Source of the DNA: Bacteroidia bacterium
GTDB taxonomy: Bacteria; Bacteroidota; Bacteroidia; SpSt-205
DNA: 38,125 nucleotides
Assembly (NCBI GenBank): GCA_025059915.1
Contig: JANXDD010000004.1
Location: forward strand, 1 to 38,125
Direction of reading: 5' to 3'
In this document: one piece after another, positions 19,874 through 27,877 of the stretch
Numbering within the stretch: position 1 is the stretch's first letter
Layout: every line of letters starts with the position of its first letter
Translations under genes and position numbers: made by a program
Notes under the pieces: generated by a model
Told to the model about the DNA's origin: nothing
Databases searched by the model: none
What the model saw: the letters and a program-made list of their open reading frames with translations, nothing else

Positions 19874-20596
19874 ATGAATCGCAGGACGTTCCTGATGAGC
19901 ATGGGAGCATTGGCTCTCAGCAGGTTAGGGTGGGCTCGTCAGCGACAAGGCTACCTTTGGACCGATACCTCTCTCACCTCTGGATATCCCTATGAGCTTC
20001 CTGATTTACCCTACTCCTACGATGCCTTAGAGCCTGCCATAGACGCCCAAACAATGAAAGTTCATCATCAAGGACACCATGCCACCTATGTAAATACCCT
20101 CAACAAAGCCTTGGAGGACCTCCCTACCTTCCAGAGCCTCCCCTTAGAAACGCTTCTCGCCAATTTAGAAAAGGTGCCTACCGCTCAGCGCACTACGATT
20201 CGCAATCACGGCGGAGGACATTGGAATCACACTTTCTGGTGGAAAATCCTCTCCCCTCAGAAACAAGAACCTTCTCTAAGTCTTCTACGGCGGATCTCTT
20301 CTGAGTTTGAGAGCTGGAATAGATTTCGCGGACAGCTGCTGGATGCGGCAGCGAAGCACTTCGGCTCCGGATGGGCTTGGCTCATCCTTACCCCTACTGG
20401 CAGGCTACGAATCATCACGACTCCCAATCAAGACAATCCTCTCATGCCCTATGCTGAGATTCAGGGCAAGCCAGTTCTCGGTATTGATGTGTGGGAACAT
20501 GCCTATTACCTCAAATATCAAAACCGCCGGGCAGAATACCTCTCCGCTCTTTGGGAGCATATCAACTGGGCTCAAGTAGAGGCGCTACTGGAATAA
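19874..20596 (+). CDS. Fe/Mn superoxide dismutase with a twin-arginine signal peptide
   Basis: 240 aa. The N-terminus is MNRRTFLMSMGALALSRLGWA. SOD motifs are HHQGHHATYV and DVWEHAYYLKYQNRR. Confidence 0.88.
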   Translation: MNRRTFLMSMGALALSRLGWARQRQGYLWTDTSLTSGYPYELPDLPYSYDALEPAIDAQTMKVHHQGHHATYVNTLNKALEDLPTFQSLPLETLLANLEKVPTAQRTTIRNHGGGHWNHTFWWKILSPQKQEPSLSLLRRISSEFESWNRFRGQLLDAAAKHFGSGWAWLILTPTGRLRIITTPNQDNPLMPYAEIQGKPVLGIDVWEHAYYLKYQNRRAEYLSALWEHINWAQVEALLE

Positions 20597-20599
20597 ACT

Positions 20600-22384
20600 A
20601 TGCGCCGCTATGTAGCGGTCTTTCTGATATTTCTGATCTTATCTTTGGGAGGCTTCTGGGTCTATAAGCAGTTCATGCGTCCTCCACGGCGCCCCTCTCT
20701 ATGGCAGAATATTCCCGCAGGCTATCTTCTTTTAGCTTACACGCCTTCTTTCAGCCACTTCTGGCGGACGCTTCAGCACAGTCCTATAGCGACTTATTTA
20801 CGGACAAGTCCTCATTTGGGAAACTTTTTCGCCTTAGGCTATCAGTGGGATTCTCTACTTCACCATGACGCTGCTATCAGTGAATGGCTTGCCGGGCATG
20901 CTCTCCTCGTAGCTGTATATCCAGAGGGCTCTCTATACCTTATTGAAGCACCCTTTTTGGAAAAAGTCAAAGATTGGCGCGGCGAAATGGAAAGCCTAGC
21001 AGCCCGCCGCGGCTGGGAAGTCCAAATAACCCAAACAGCTGGCGGCTATGCCCTCTGGAAACTGCGAGAAGGTTATCTCGTCCCTGCGGGACGAATCCTG
21101 GCTTACTCTAAAAATCCAGAGCTACTTGTTCGCTTTCTCCTTGGAGAAAACATAGCTCAACTTCCCCCCCAGTGGGGTAAAACCCTTTTAGAAGAGCGGG
21201 GCGAACTTATCCTTCATACAAGCGGAAGCGCGCTACAAACCCTTCTGCCTCACCCTATTTTGCATCACGTGCTGCCGCTCATAGACACGACAGAAGTAGA
21301 AGTGCGCCTCACAGAGGAGAGCCTCAACCTCAAGGCTCGGGCAAATTCCTCCTCAGCCTTATGGAAGTACTTGGGGCCAGCTTCTGCGGCGATTTCAGAC
21401 CTATGCCCGCCCTCCACTACCGCCTTCTTTACTTTCCACATTCAGAAGTATGACACTTTTTTTGAGGCACATCTGCGTCCATCGTATAGAGACGAGATTC
21501 ATCAGACAGAGCAAGCGTTATCCCTATCATTCGGAAAAGGCTTTGCTTCAAAACTTTCAGGGGAGACTGGTTTAGTTCAGGGAAACGGCTCTTTCATCTT
21601 ATACCGACTCAAATCAAGTGAAAGCCCCCCTTCCCTCCCTACCATAACGGCACGGACATACGAAGGCTATCAAATCTATCAAGTGAAAGTAGGAAAGCTC
21701 TTTCGCTGGCTTTATGGCGAGGGATTTGGAGATTGGGAGGCCCCCTATATGGTGCAAGCAGGCGAGTGGGTTCTTTTCTCTCGGAATGAGGCTCCTCTCC
21801 ATGAATGGATAGAAGCCTTTCTTAGTCGGCGCAGTTTGTACAACCGTTCAGATTTTCCCGGTCTTACTGGGGGAAAAGCATTACTTATCGGTTATCTGGA
21901 CTGCCAATCTCCAAAGTGGGTAAGCGAATGGCTACCTCCTTCTGCTGCAGTTCGGTGGCGAGAAGAGCTTCGCCCCTTTCATCACATAGAGGTGTCTTTA
22001 GAGAGGTCCGACTCCCTCCACCTCCAAATAGAGCTTAAGGCGACTTGGAAGCCCCCGGAGAATTCAGAAAGCCCACCTTTGGATACTCTTACCCTACCTT
22101 CTCCTCTACAGCTTTCCCTACCCACAGTGAAAGACACCTCTAAGGACGGTCCTCAGGAGGAGTATTATCCCAATGGCGTTGTCAAACGGCGCTTCACCCT
22201 CATAGATGCCCAGCTGGAAGGGGAATACACGGAATACCACCCTAACGGCATGATTAAGGTACAAGGATTTTATGAGCAGGGGCAAAAAGTAGGCAAATGG
22301 CAGTACTTCAACTCCAAAGGGGTTCTTATTCGGGAGGAGATATGGGGAGGAGGAGACTTCACGAGCAACCCAAACGCTCCCTAA
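20600..22384 (+). CDS. Membrane-anchored hypothetical protein (DUF3352-like) with C-terminal MORN/YwqK-type repeats
   Basis: 594 aa with an N-terminal TM helix (YVAVFLIFLILSLGGFWVY). The C-terminus has YYPNGVVK...GEYTEYHPNGMIKVQGFYEQGQKVGKWQYFNSKG repeats. Confidence 0.5.
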   Translation: MRRYVAVFLIFLILSLGGFWVYKQFMRPPRRPSLWQNIPAGYLLLAYTPSFSHFWRTLQHSPIATYLRTSPHLGNFFALGYQWDSLLHHDAAISEWLAGHALLVAVYPEGSLYLIEAPFLEKVKDWRGEMESLAARRGWEVQITQTAGGYALWKLREGYLVPAGRILAYSKNPELLVRFLLGENIAQLPPQWGKTLLEERGELILHTSGSALQTLLPHPILHHVLPLIDTTEVEVRLTEESLNLKARANSSSALWKYLGPASAAISDLCPPSTTAFFTFHIQKYDTFFEAHLRPSYRDEIHQTEQALSLSFGKGFASKLSGETGLVQGNGSFILYRLKSSESPPSLPTITARTYEGYQIYQVKVGKLFRWLYGEGFGDWEAPYMVQAGEWVLFSRNEAPLHEWIEAFLSRRSLYNRSDFPGLTGGKALLIGYLDCQSPKWVSEWLPPSAAVRWREELRPFHHIEVSLERSDSLHLQIELKATWKPPENSESPPLDTLTLPSPLQLSLPTVKDTSKDGPQEEYYPNGVVKRRFTLIDAQLEGEYTEYHPNGMIKVQGFYEQGQKVGKWQYFNSKGVLIREEIWGGGDFTSNPNAP

Positions 22385-22892
22385 TCCTGTCTCTATAGGT
22401 TCTTTCTGCTGGCGTGTAAGCGGCCTGCGCTCCTCTCTGAAGCCACACGCACGCAGAGTCTGACTCTATCCGACTGAGAAAAAGGTAAGCAGGACCACAA
22501 GTGGGGTCTTTCTGTATTGCTTCTCGCAAATAAGCTATCGCCTTATCTCGCTGCCCTGTATGAAACGCTAACCGCCCCAAATAAGCTAAAACGACGGGAT
22601 TAGAGCGGAACTGCTGAAGCCTCTGCACATATACCATAGGCGGAGCTGAGAGCGCATCTGCGCCATACAATAACAGGTAAGAAGCTGCCAGAGCGTAAGC
22701 TGCAGTTGCCGTATCTGGTACCTGGCTAATCAAAGAAAGGATTTTCTCTTTCTCGGAGGCTGAGATAGACTCCCCTGCTTCCGCTCGCCAAAAGGCAGCG
22801 GCAATCTCATCTTGGAGAGAAAGCGAAGAAAGAGCAGAATGCCGCCGCCCCAGAAAAAGTAGCCCCATGCCCACCGCCAGCGCCGTCCCCAC
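22359..22892 (-). CDS. Membrane-anchored TPR-like hypothetical protein
   Basis: The ORF is open to 22988, where the start would be TTG and would overlap HU by 74 nt. The in-frame GTG at 22892 lies just downstream of the HU stop and keeps the TM helix GTALAVGMGLLFLG. The start is uncertain. The 3' end overlaps the convergent gene by 26 nt. Confidence 0.4.
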   Translation of the reverse strand: MGTALAVGMGLLFLGRRHSALSSLSLQDEIAAAFWRAEAGESISASEKEKILSLISQVPDTATAAYALAASYLLLYGADALSAPPMVYVQRLQQFRSNPVVLAYLGRLAFHTGQRDKAIAYLREAIQKDPTCGPAYLFLSRIESDSACVWLQRGAQAAYTPAERTYRDRIRERLGCS

Positions 22893-22914
22893 CCATATTA
22901 GCAGACGACCAGTA

Positions 22915-23223
22915 TTACTTCTTACTGAAGCGTTCAAGGAGTTCTTTCTTTTGAGCGACAGCACTCTGAAGATGCGGCGAAGGCTCAAAATACACCCGCA
23001 CCCGAGGTGGTATAGGAATAACTTGTCCTGTATTGATAAGCCGTCCTTTGCGTGCCCGCTGATACTTCAGTCCAAATGTGCCAAAACCTCGTACAGTCAG
23101 AGACTCTCCGCTGATGAGACTTTCACGAATAGCCTCAAACACAGCAGCTACCGCTGCCTCTGCATCTTTTTTAGAAAGGCCTGTCTTACGACTAACGAGA
23201 TGAGCGATGTCTTTGCGTGTCAT
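22915..23223 (-). CDS. HU/IHF family DNA-binding protein
   Basis: Begins MTRKDIAHLV and contains the RGFGTF motif. ATG 23223 is preferred because the ORF-track TTG at 23232 is the TTG of the -7 box. Confidence 0.85.
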   Translation of the reverse strand: MTRKDIAHLVSRKTGLSKKDAEAAVAAVFEAIRESLISGESLTVRGFGTFGLKYQRARKGRLINTGQVIPIPPRVRVYFEPSPHLQSAVAQKKELLERFSKK

Positions 23224-23992
23224 CAACGGCAAAACTACGATAGCGTTCCCATACTTCTTTCAAAACTTGCGCAGGTATAGCAAATGTAACTCCCTCATAC
23301 CCTCCAGAGTATGTAGCAATCTCTGAAATCATCCCTACAACGCGTCCATAGCGGTCTACTACGGGGCTGCCAGAGTTTCCAGGATGAGCTGGTAGAGAGA
23401 GTTGAAGGACACCGTGCTTAGCTGTACCTGTATTTAGGAAACGCTCCTCAGATGCCACATAACCTTCATTCAGAGTGCCTAAAAGTCCCAGAGGGGCGCC
23501 CATGGTATAAACAATCTCTCCCACCCTCGGCAGGCTATCTTCTCGGAATGAGAGCCCTTCTCCCCCTCGTCCCTTCACTTCTAAAAGAGCCACATCGGCA
23601 AGCTTATCCCGCCAAACTAAAGTGGCTTCTAAGCAGTTTCCCGCCTTATCCCACACCTCTATGCGATTTTTCGTCTGAGGTGGAATCAAATGCGCACAGG
23701 TCCATACGTAGTTCTCCTTCCACGCCCACCCCGTACCCCGATAATGATCTACCTTGTACCTGTACTTAGCAGTGACCTCTAAACGATAGACCGTAGGCAT
23801 AAGTTTCACAGCGATACTGTAACGGAGACGCTCTATCTCCTCCACTGTCGTAGGGGAACCCATAAAGTAGAAAAGAGTGTCTCGCTCTGATACGATTACT
23901 TTTTCGGTACGAGGGGTGCAGCTTTTGACCCAAATCGCAGCGAGTACCAAAAGCTCAAAGGAGGGTTTCGGCCAGCTGCTGCGCCGCCTCAT
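23192..23992 (-). CDS. Trypsin-like (S1/S1C-type) serine protease, probable lipoprotein
   Basis: 266 aa. Candidate catalytic triad contexts are TCAHL, DVALLEV and GNSGSPVV. The N-terminal segment LAAIWVKSC resembles a lipobox. Confidence 0.7.
   Translation of the reverse strand: MRRRSSWPKPSFELLVLAAIWVKSCTPRTEKVIVSERDTLFYFMGSPTTVEEIERLRYSIAVKLMPTVYRLEVTAKYRYKVDHYRGTGWAWKENYVWTCAHLIPPQTKNRIEVWDKAGNCLEATLVWRDKLADVALLEVKGRGGEGLSFREDSLPRVGEIVYTMGAPLGLLGTLNEGYVASEERFLNTGTAKHGVLQLSLPAHPGNSGSPVVDRYGRVVGMISEIATYSGGYEGVTFAIPAQVLKEVWERYRSFAVDDTQRHRSSR
23230..23237 (-). promoter_or_regulatory. -7 promoter box TAGTTTTG (minus strand), inside the protease gene 3' end
   Basis: Perfect TAnnTTTG. A 6-nt spacer (CCGTTG) separates it from the HU ATG at 23223. 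Confidence 0.5.
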
Positions 23993-24695
23993 AATCCTCT
24001 TGCGTATCTATCCCGATACCCCGATAAGAAACCTCTTGCACCCAAATGGAGTAACCGTGATAAAGCCACCGCAGCTGTTCCAGCTGCTCAATTTCTTCTA
24101 TAGGAGCAGGGGAAAGCGCCACAATCTCCATCAAAACCGAACGATGATAGCCATACAAACCAATATGACGAAAGTACCCGTATCTGGCTAAAACCTCCTG
24201 ACTGGTGAGGGGAAAATCACGCGGATGCGGCACCAGCGAACGAGAAAAGTACAAAGCTCGCCCGTCTTTCCCCATAACAACCTTGACAACAGAAGGTGAA
24301 ACAAGATCCTCCAACTTATGAATGCGAGTCATGAGAGTTACTAAGGAGTGTCGCTGGAGAAGAGTAATGAGCTTCATAAGATGATCGGGCTCAATGAAGG
24401 GCTCATCCGCTTGTATATTCACATAAGCATCATACAGGAAGCGCTCTGCCACTTCCCCTACTCGTTCAGTTCCTGAAAGGTGGGTGTTGCGTGTCATAAT
24501 GGCCCGCCCCTTGACCTTTTCCACCGCTTCCACGACACGCATATCATCTGTTGCCACAATCAGATCATCACCAAAAACCTGACGCGCCCTTTCATAAACG
24601 TACTGAATAATCGGTTTGCCTCTCAAAGGAAGTAGCACCTTTCCTGGAAGGCGCTGAGAATGATACCGAGCAGGAATCACTCCTAAGATACGCAT
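23955..24695 (-). CDS. kdsB: 3-deoxy-manno-octulosonate cytidylyltransferase (CMP-KDO synthetase)
   Basis: MRILGVIPARYHSQRLPGKVL is the canonical KdsB N-terminus, starting at ATG 24695. The 59-aa upstream extension in the ORF track is not KdsB-like. Confidence 0.85.
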   Translation of the reverse strand: MRILGVIPARYHSQRLPGKVLLPLRGKPIIQYVYERARQVFGDDLIVATDDMRVVEAVEKVKGRAIMTRNTHLSGTERVGEVAERFLYDAYVNIQADEPFIEPDHLMKLITLLQRHSLVTLMTRIHKLEDLVSPSVVKVVMGKDGRALYFSRSLVPHPRDFPLTSQEVLARYGYFRHIGLYGYHRSVLMEIVALSPAPIEEIEQLEQLRWLYHGYSIWVQEVSYRGIGIDTQEDYEAAQQLAETLL

Positions 24696-24710
24696 AGCGT
24701 CAGAGCACCG

Positions 24711-24718
24711 CAAACTTA
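24711..24718 (-). promoter_or_regulatory. -7 promoter box TAAGTTTG (minus strand) for kdsB
   Basis: Perfect TAnnTTTG. A 15-nt spacer separates it from ATG 24695, which implies a short leader. Confidence 0.45.
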
Positions 24719-24763
24719 ATGCCAAAGCCTCCAGACTTCTACCCAGTAACGGTTTCTTCAAGC

Positions 24764-24771
24764 TACCTTTG
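24764..24771 (+). promoter_or_regulatory. -7 promoter box TACCTTTG
   Basis: Perfect TAnnTTTG. A 5-nt spacer separates it from ATG 24777. It is divergent from the kdsB promoter. Confidence 0.5.
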
Positions 24772-24776
24772 TAAGA

Positions 24777-26066
24777 ATGCGATTGGTGTGGGCAGACTCC
24801 TCTGGGACTATCTATGATGAGCCCCGATGGTCTGCTGTAGGGCGCAGTGCATTTTGGATGAAGCCTTGGCATGCTTATTCAGAATGGATTCCCCTCCCAA
24901 AAGGCAGTACTCTTTTTCACTTGATCGGACGCCGACCGATAGGAATAGCTCCCAACGGGCAGATTCGGAGGTATGATAAAGGATGGGCGGTGGCAGCTTT
25001 CATAGCGCCAGCCCATACCCAGTTAGCCCTTGCAGCTTATGAAAAAGAGCCAGATGCCCCGACACTTCCCCTCTACGCTTATACAGCAGTAGCATGGAAT
25101 AAGGGAAGGTTCTACGTGCCAGCAGTGAGAATAGACCCTCTGCCTCGTCAAGATGCAGACCGGTTTAATCCGCTTGCTATTGCCCGGGGCGTCCAGCACC
25201 TGCGAAAGCGTTTCCCCCAAAATCGCCTTGTCCAACATCTAATGGACAATTGTGTGGAACGCTACTGCTGCCCTGCTGCTCGGAATCTTGCACTGGGACG
25301 TTGGGAATGTCCCCTTCCTACTTCGCCCGCCTGCAATGCTTCTTGTATCGGATGCATCTCTCTGCAAGAGCCCCATGAATCGCCTATCCCCAGTTCTCAG
25401 GAGCGTCTCTCCTTTATTCCTACGCCCGAGGAGATTGCAGAGCTGGCGGTTTATCATTTGGAGCGGGCTCCTTCCCCTATTGTAAGCTTCGGACAGGGCT
25501 GCGAAGGCGAGCCCCTCTTGGTATGGCGCACCATAGAAAAAGCAGTTCATTTGATTCGCCAAAAAACCCAGCGCGGCATTATCAACCTGAATACTAATGG
25601 CGCCTGGCCTGCCATCATAGAAAAGCTCGCCTTAGCAGGGGTGGATAGCTTCCGCATAAGCCTCAATAGCGCCCAGCCAGAGTGGTATGAACGCTACTAT
25701 CGCCCCCGCAACTACACCTTCTCTATGGTAGTAGAGTCCATTCGTAGAGCCGTTCAGCTTGGCAAGTGGGTCTCCATAAACTATTTCACTCTGCCTGGCT
25801 TTACGGACCAGCCTGCCGAAGTCGCAGCTCTCAAAAAGCTCATCGCAGATACTCAGCTTCATATGATCCAGTGGCGCAACTTCAATATTGACCCTGATTG
25901 GTACATAGAGCGCATGGGATTTCAAAAAGAGGATTTTCAGCCTCCCATAGGGGTTCGGCAGGTGATGTTGCAGCTGCGTCAGGAGTTTCCTCATTTGAAG
26001 TACGGCTACTTCAACCCCACCCCCTCCTTCATAAGGCGATTTCTCCCTGCGCAGCCTCTGGCATGA
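24777..26066 (+). CDS. Radical SAM protein with an uncharacterised N-terminal domain of about 170 aa
   Basis: 429 aa. It has the CNASCIGC (CX3CX2C) cluster motif plus GEPLL, NTNG and FRISLNS core motifs. I do not recognise the N-terminal domain. Confidence 0.75.
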   Translation: MRLVWADSSGTIYDEPRWSAVGRSAFWMKPWHAYSEWIPLPKGSTLFHLIGRRPIGIAPNGQIRRYDKGWAVAAFIAPAHTQLALAAYEKEPDAPTLPLYAYTAVAWNKGRFYVPAVRIDPLPRQDADRFNPLAIARGVQHLRKRFPQNRLVQHLMDNCVERYCCPAARNLALGRWECPLPTSPACNASCIGCISLQEPHESPIPSSQERLSFIPTPEEIAELAVYHLERAPSPIVSFGQGCEGEPLLVWRTIEKAVHLIRQKTQRGIINLNTNGAWPAIIEKLALAGVDSFRISLNSAQPEWYERYYRPRNYTFSMVVESIRRAVQLGKWVSINYFTLPGFTDQPAEVAALKKLIADTQLHMIQWRNFNIDPDWYIERMGFQKEDFQPPIGVRQVMLQLRQEFPHLKYGYFNPTPSFIRRFLPAQPLA

Positions 26067-26923
26067 GAGTGTGCCTAATGCAAAGGATTCCACCTTTTTT
26101 CTTTACTGCTCTCACCTTTTCTCTCCTTCAAGGCAAAACTACTCCGCTGCCTGACACTGCCTATGTGGCGCAGCCACACTTAGTGTATAAGGTAGGAACA
26201 CGGCTACTGCCATCGGGCGTAGAGAAAATAGGCAGCTTTCAGAAAGGGGACACTCTTTTTGTTTGGATACGGTTTTGGGAGGCAGCTCCCCAAGGGATGT
26301 CCTGGAGCTGGGCAGGAGAAACCTTATCTACCATCGTCAAAATCCCTCCCCCTCCTCCTGATAGCTTAATGCCACAGGCTGACTTTTCCATCCCCCCTGA
26401 AGCCGGTGAGAAAGACTCCGAGCCGGCAGAGTTTCCTTGGGCAGTTTTTCTCAGTTTAGCTACTTTACTCCTTGCAAGTCTCAGCTTGTATTCGCTCTAC
26501 AAAGCTGCCGTTTGGCGCCTCTTTCAGCAGGTATATCTCTACCTGCGCTGGAAGAGGTGGCTCTTTCAGTGGCGCCGTCCGGACCCAGCCCGCTTCCCGG
26601 AATTTATCCAAGCAGTGAAGGCCCTCCTCACCCCCCATGTACCTTTTCACCCCGGAAGTTTGAGCCGCTCAGAGGTCCTGCGCCTTGAGGGCAAGCCTTC
26701 CCTCCAACAAGCTCTCCTTCACCTGTGGGAAGCAGAATATCAGATAAGCTTTGAGCAAAAGGAGCTTTCTACCGATAAAAAAACTAAGATATGGCGAGAA
26801 ACATGGAAAGCTCTAAGCAGCATACGACCCTCGCCGGCTCCCCTATTTAGACTTCCAGGTCATCGTATGCCAAGCGAATATAAGGAGGCAGGAGGCGCTC
26901 CACCTCTGCATGTTTCCCCATGA
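26063..26923 (+). CDS. Hypothetical membrane protein
   Basis: ATG 26063 forms an ATGA overlap with the radical SAM stop. It has the signal-like N-terminus IPPFFFTALTFSLLQG, a PPPPP linker, and a central TM helix (WAVFLSLATLLLASLSLYSLY) followed by a W/R-rich segment. Confidence 0.45.
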   Translation: MRVCLMQRIPPFFFTALTFSLLQGKTTPLPDTAYVAQPHLVYKVGTRLLPSGVEKIGSFQKGDTLFVWIRFWEAAPQGMSWSWAGETLSTIVKIPPPPPDSLMPQADFSIPPEAGEKDSEPAEFPWAVFLSLATLLLASLSLYSLYKAAVWRLFQQVYLYLRWKRWLFQWRRPDPARFPEFIQAVKALLTPHVPFHPGSLSRSEVLRLEGKPSLQQALLHLWEAEYQISFEQKELSTDKKTKIWRETWKALSSIRPSPAPLFRLPGHRMPSEYKEAGGAPPLHVSP

Positions 26924-27605
26924 GGTGGCTAATATGAGTAAGATAGGCTCTTTTGGGACGGACTTTCTCTACGACCTCTATCGCAGCTTCTAAGTGAAAG
27001 TGGGAAATATGAGGCTCCCGCCGCAGCGCATTGAGGATAAGAATGTCAGCGTCATATAGATACGCCCAACTTTCATCGGGAATAGCACTCGCATCAGTAA
27101 TATAAACCAGACCTTCTATGCGAAATCCTAATACGGGCAGCTTATAGTGCATCACGAGAAAAGGCATCACCTCCACCCCATGAAGCGAAAAAGGCACATA
27201 CGCTTCTATCTCCCATGGAGTGAGCTGCGGGATTCCGGGGTAAGGAGGCCCATCAAAGGCATAGGCAAATTCCACCTTAAGCTGCTGAAGGGTACGAGCT
27301 TCAGCAAAAAGAGGAATGCGTTTATTCTGAAGGTAGTTGAAGGGGCGAACATCATCTAAGCCCGCCGTATGATCCTTATGGGCATGCGTGAAAAGTACAG
27401 CATCCACTGTAGGAAGGCGAGCCCGAAGAGCTTGTTGTCTAAAATCAGGTCCTGTATCAATCACCCAAACCTTGTCTCGTATGAAAAGCGCTATGGAGGT
27501 ACGCAAGCGCTTGTCCCGTGGATCAGGCGAACGGCAAACCTCACAACCGCATCCTAAAATAGGCACCCCCTGTGAAGTGCCCGTCCCCAAAAAGCGAACT
27601 TTCAA
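26847..27605 (-). CDS. MBL-fold metallo-hydrolase (PhnP/COG1235-like)
   Basis: Contains FTHAHKDHTAGLDD (HxHxDH) and an N-terminal KVRFLGTGTSQGVP segment. There is no ATG. TTG 27605 gives a TTGA overlap with the upstream small ORF. The ORF-track start at 27614 is also TTG. Confidence 0.75.
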   Translation of the reverse strand: MKVRFLGTGTSQGVPILGCGCEVCRSPDPRDKRLRTSIALFIRDKVWVIDTGPDFRQQALRARLPTVDAVLFTHAHKDHTAGLDDVRPFNYLQNKRIPLFAEARTLQQLKVEFAYAFDGPPYPGIPQLTPWEIEAYVPFSLHGVEVMPFLVMHYKLPVLGFRIEGLVYITDASAIPDESWAYLYDADILILNALRREPHISHFHLEAAIEVVEKVRPKRAYLTHISHLMGKHAEVERLLPPYIRLAYDDLEV

Positions 27606-27853
27606 AGGCGCCAATGCTGAATCAGCTCTTTCTCTTCGGGAGTTATTTCTAACTTATCTCCCAGCTGATCTGCCACGGAAGCAAGGGCTCGCAGTCGCCC
27701 CAGGGGCGGATATATGGCATTGATTACCACGAGCTTATTCTCGTACAGGCGACAAGCCCCCCCACGAAAAGGACCTTTGATGTACTTGAGCGTGTAGCCG
27801 TTGCGGCGAAAAAGCGCCTCCAGCTGGGCAAGGGCTTTAGAACCAGCCCGCAT
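27602..27853 (-). CDS. Small hypothetical protein (83 aa)
   Basis: The ORF has its own -7 box and is tightly packed between aspS and the MBL hydrolase. I recognise no motif in it. Confidence 0.4.
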   Translation of the reverse strand: MRAGSKALAQLEALFRRNGYTLKYIKGPFRGGACRLYENKLVVINAIYPPLGRLRALASVADQLGDKLEITPEEKELIQHWRL

Positions 27854-27864
27854 AGGAACTGCAG

Positions 27865-27872
27865 CAAAGGTA
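27865..27872 (-). promoter_or_regulatory. -7 promoter box TACCTTTG (minus strand)
   Basis: Perfect TAnnTTTG. An 11-nt spacer separates it from ATG 27853. It lies in the 24-nt gap after the aspS stop. Confidence 0.4.
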
Positions 27873-27877
27873 TTACC

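Noticed and set aside
24696-24872. A 59-aa N-terminal extension of the kdsB ORF in the six-frame track.
   Set aside because: The canonical KdsB N-terminus (MRILGVIPAR) starts at ATG 24695. The extension would cover the divergent promoters and overlap the radical SAM gene start.
25898-26062. A 55-aa N-terminal extension of the 26063 membrane-protein ORF.
   Set aside because: It lies inside the radical SAM coding region in another frame. ATG 26063 gives an ATGA junction and a signal-like N-terminus.
26847-27605. The MBL-fold hydrolase as the RNase Z responsible for the tRNA-punctuation processing.
   Set aside because: The GTGTSQGVP...CGCEVC N-terminus and the size of about 250 aa fit PhnP/COG1235-type hydrolases better than RNase Z (ElaC). 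The link is speculative and cannot be supported from sequence alone.
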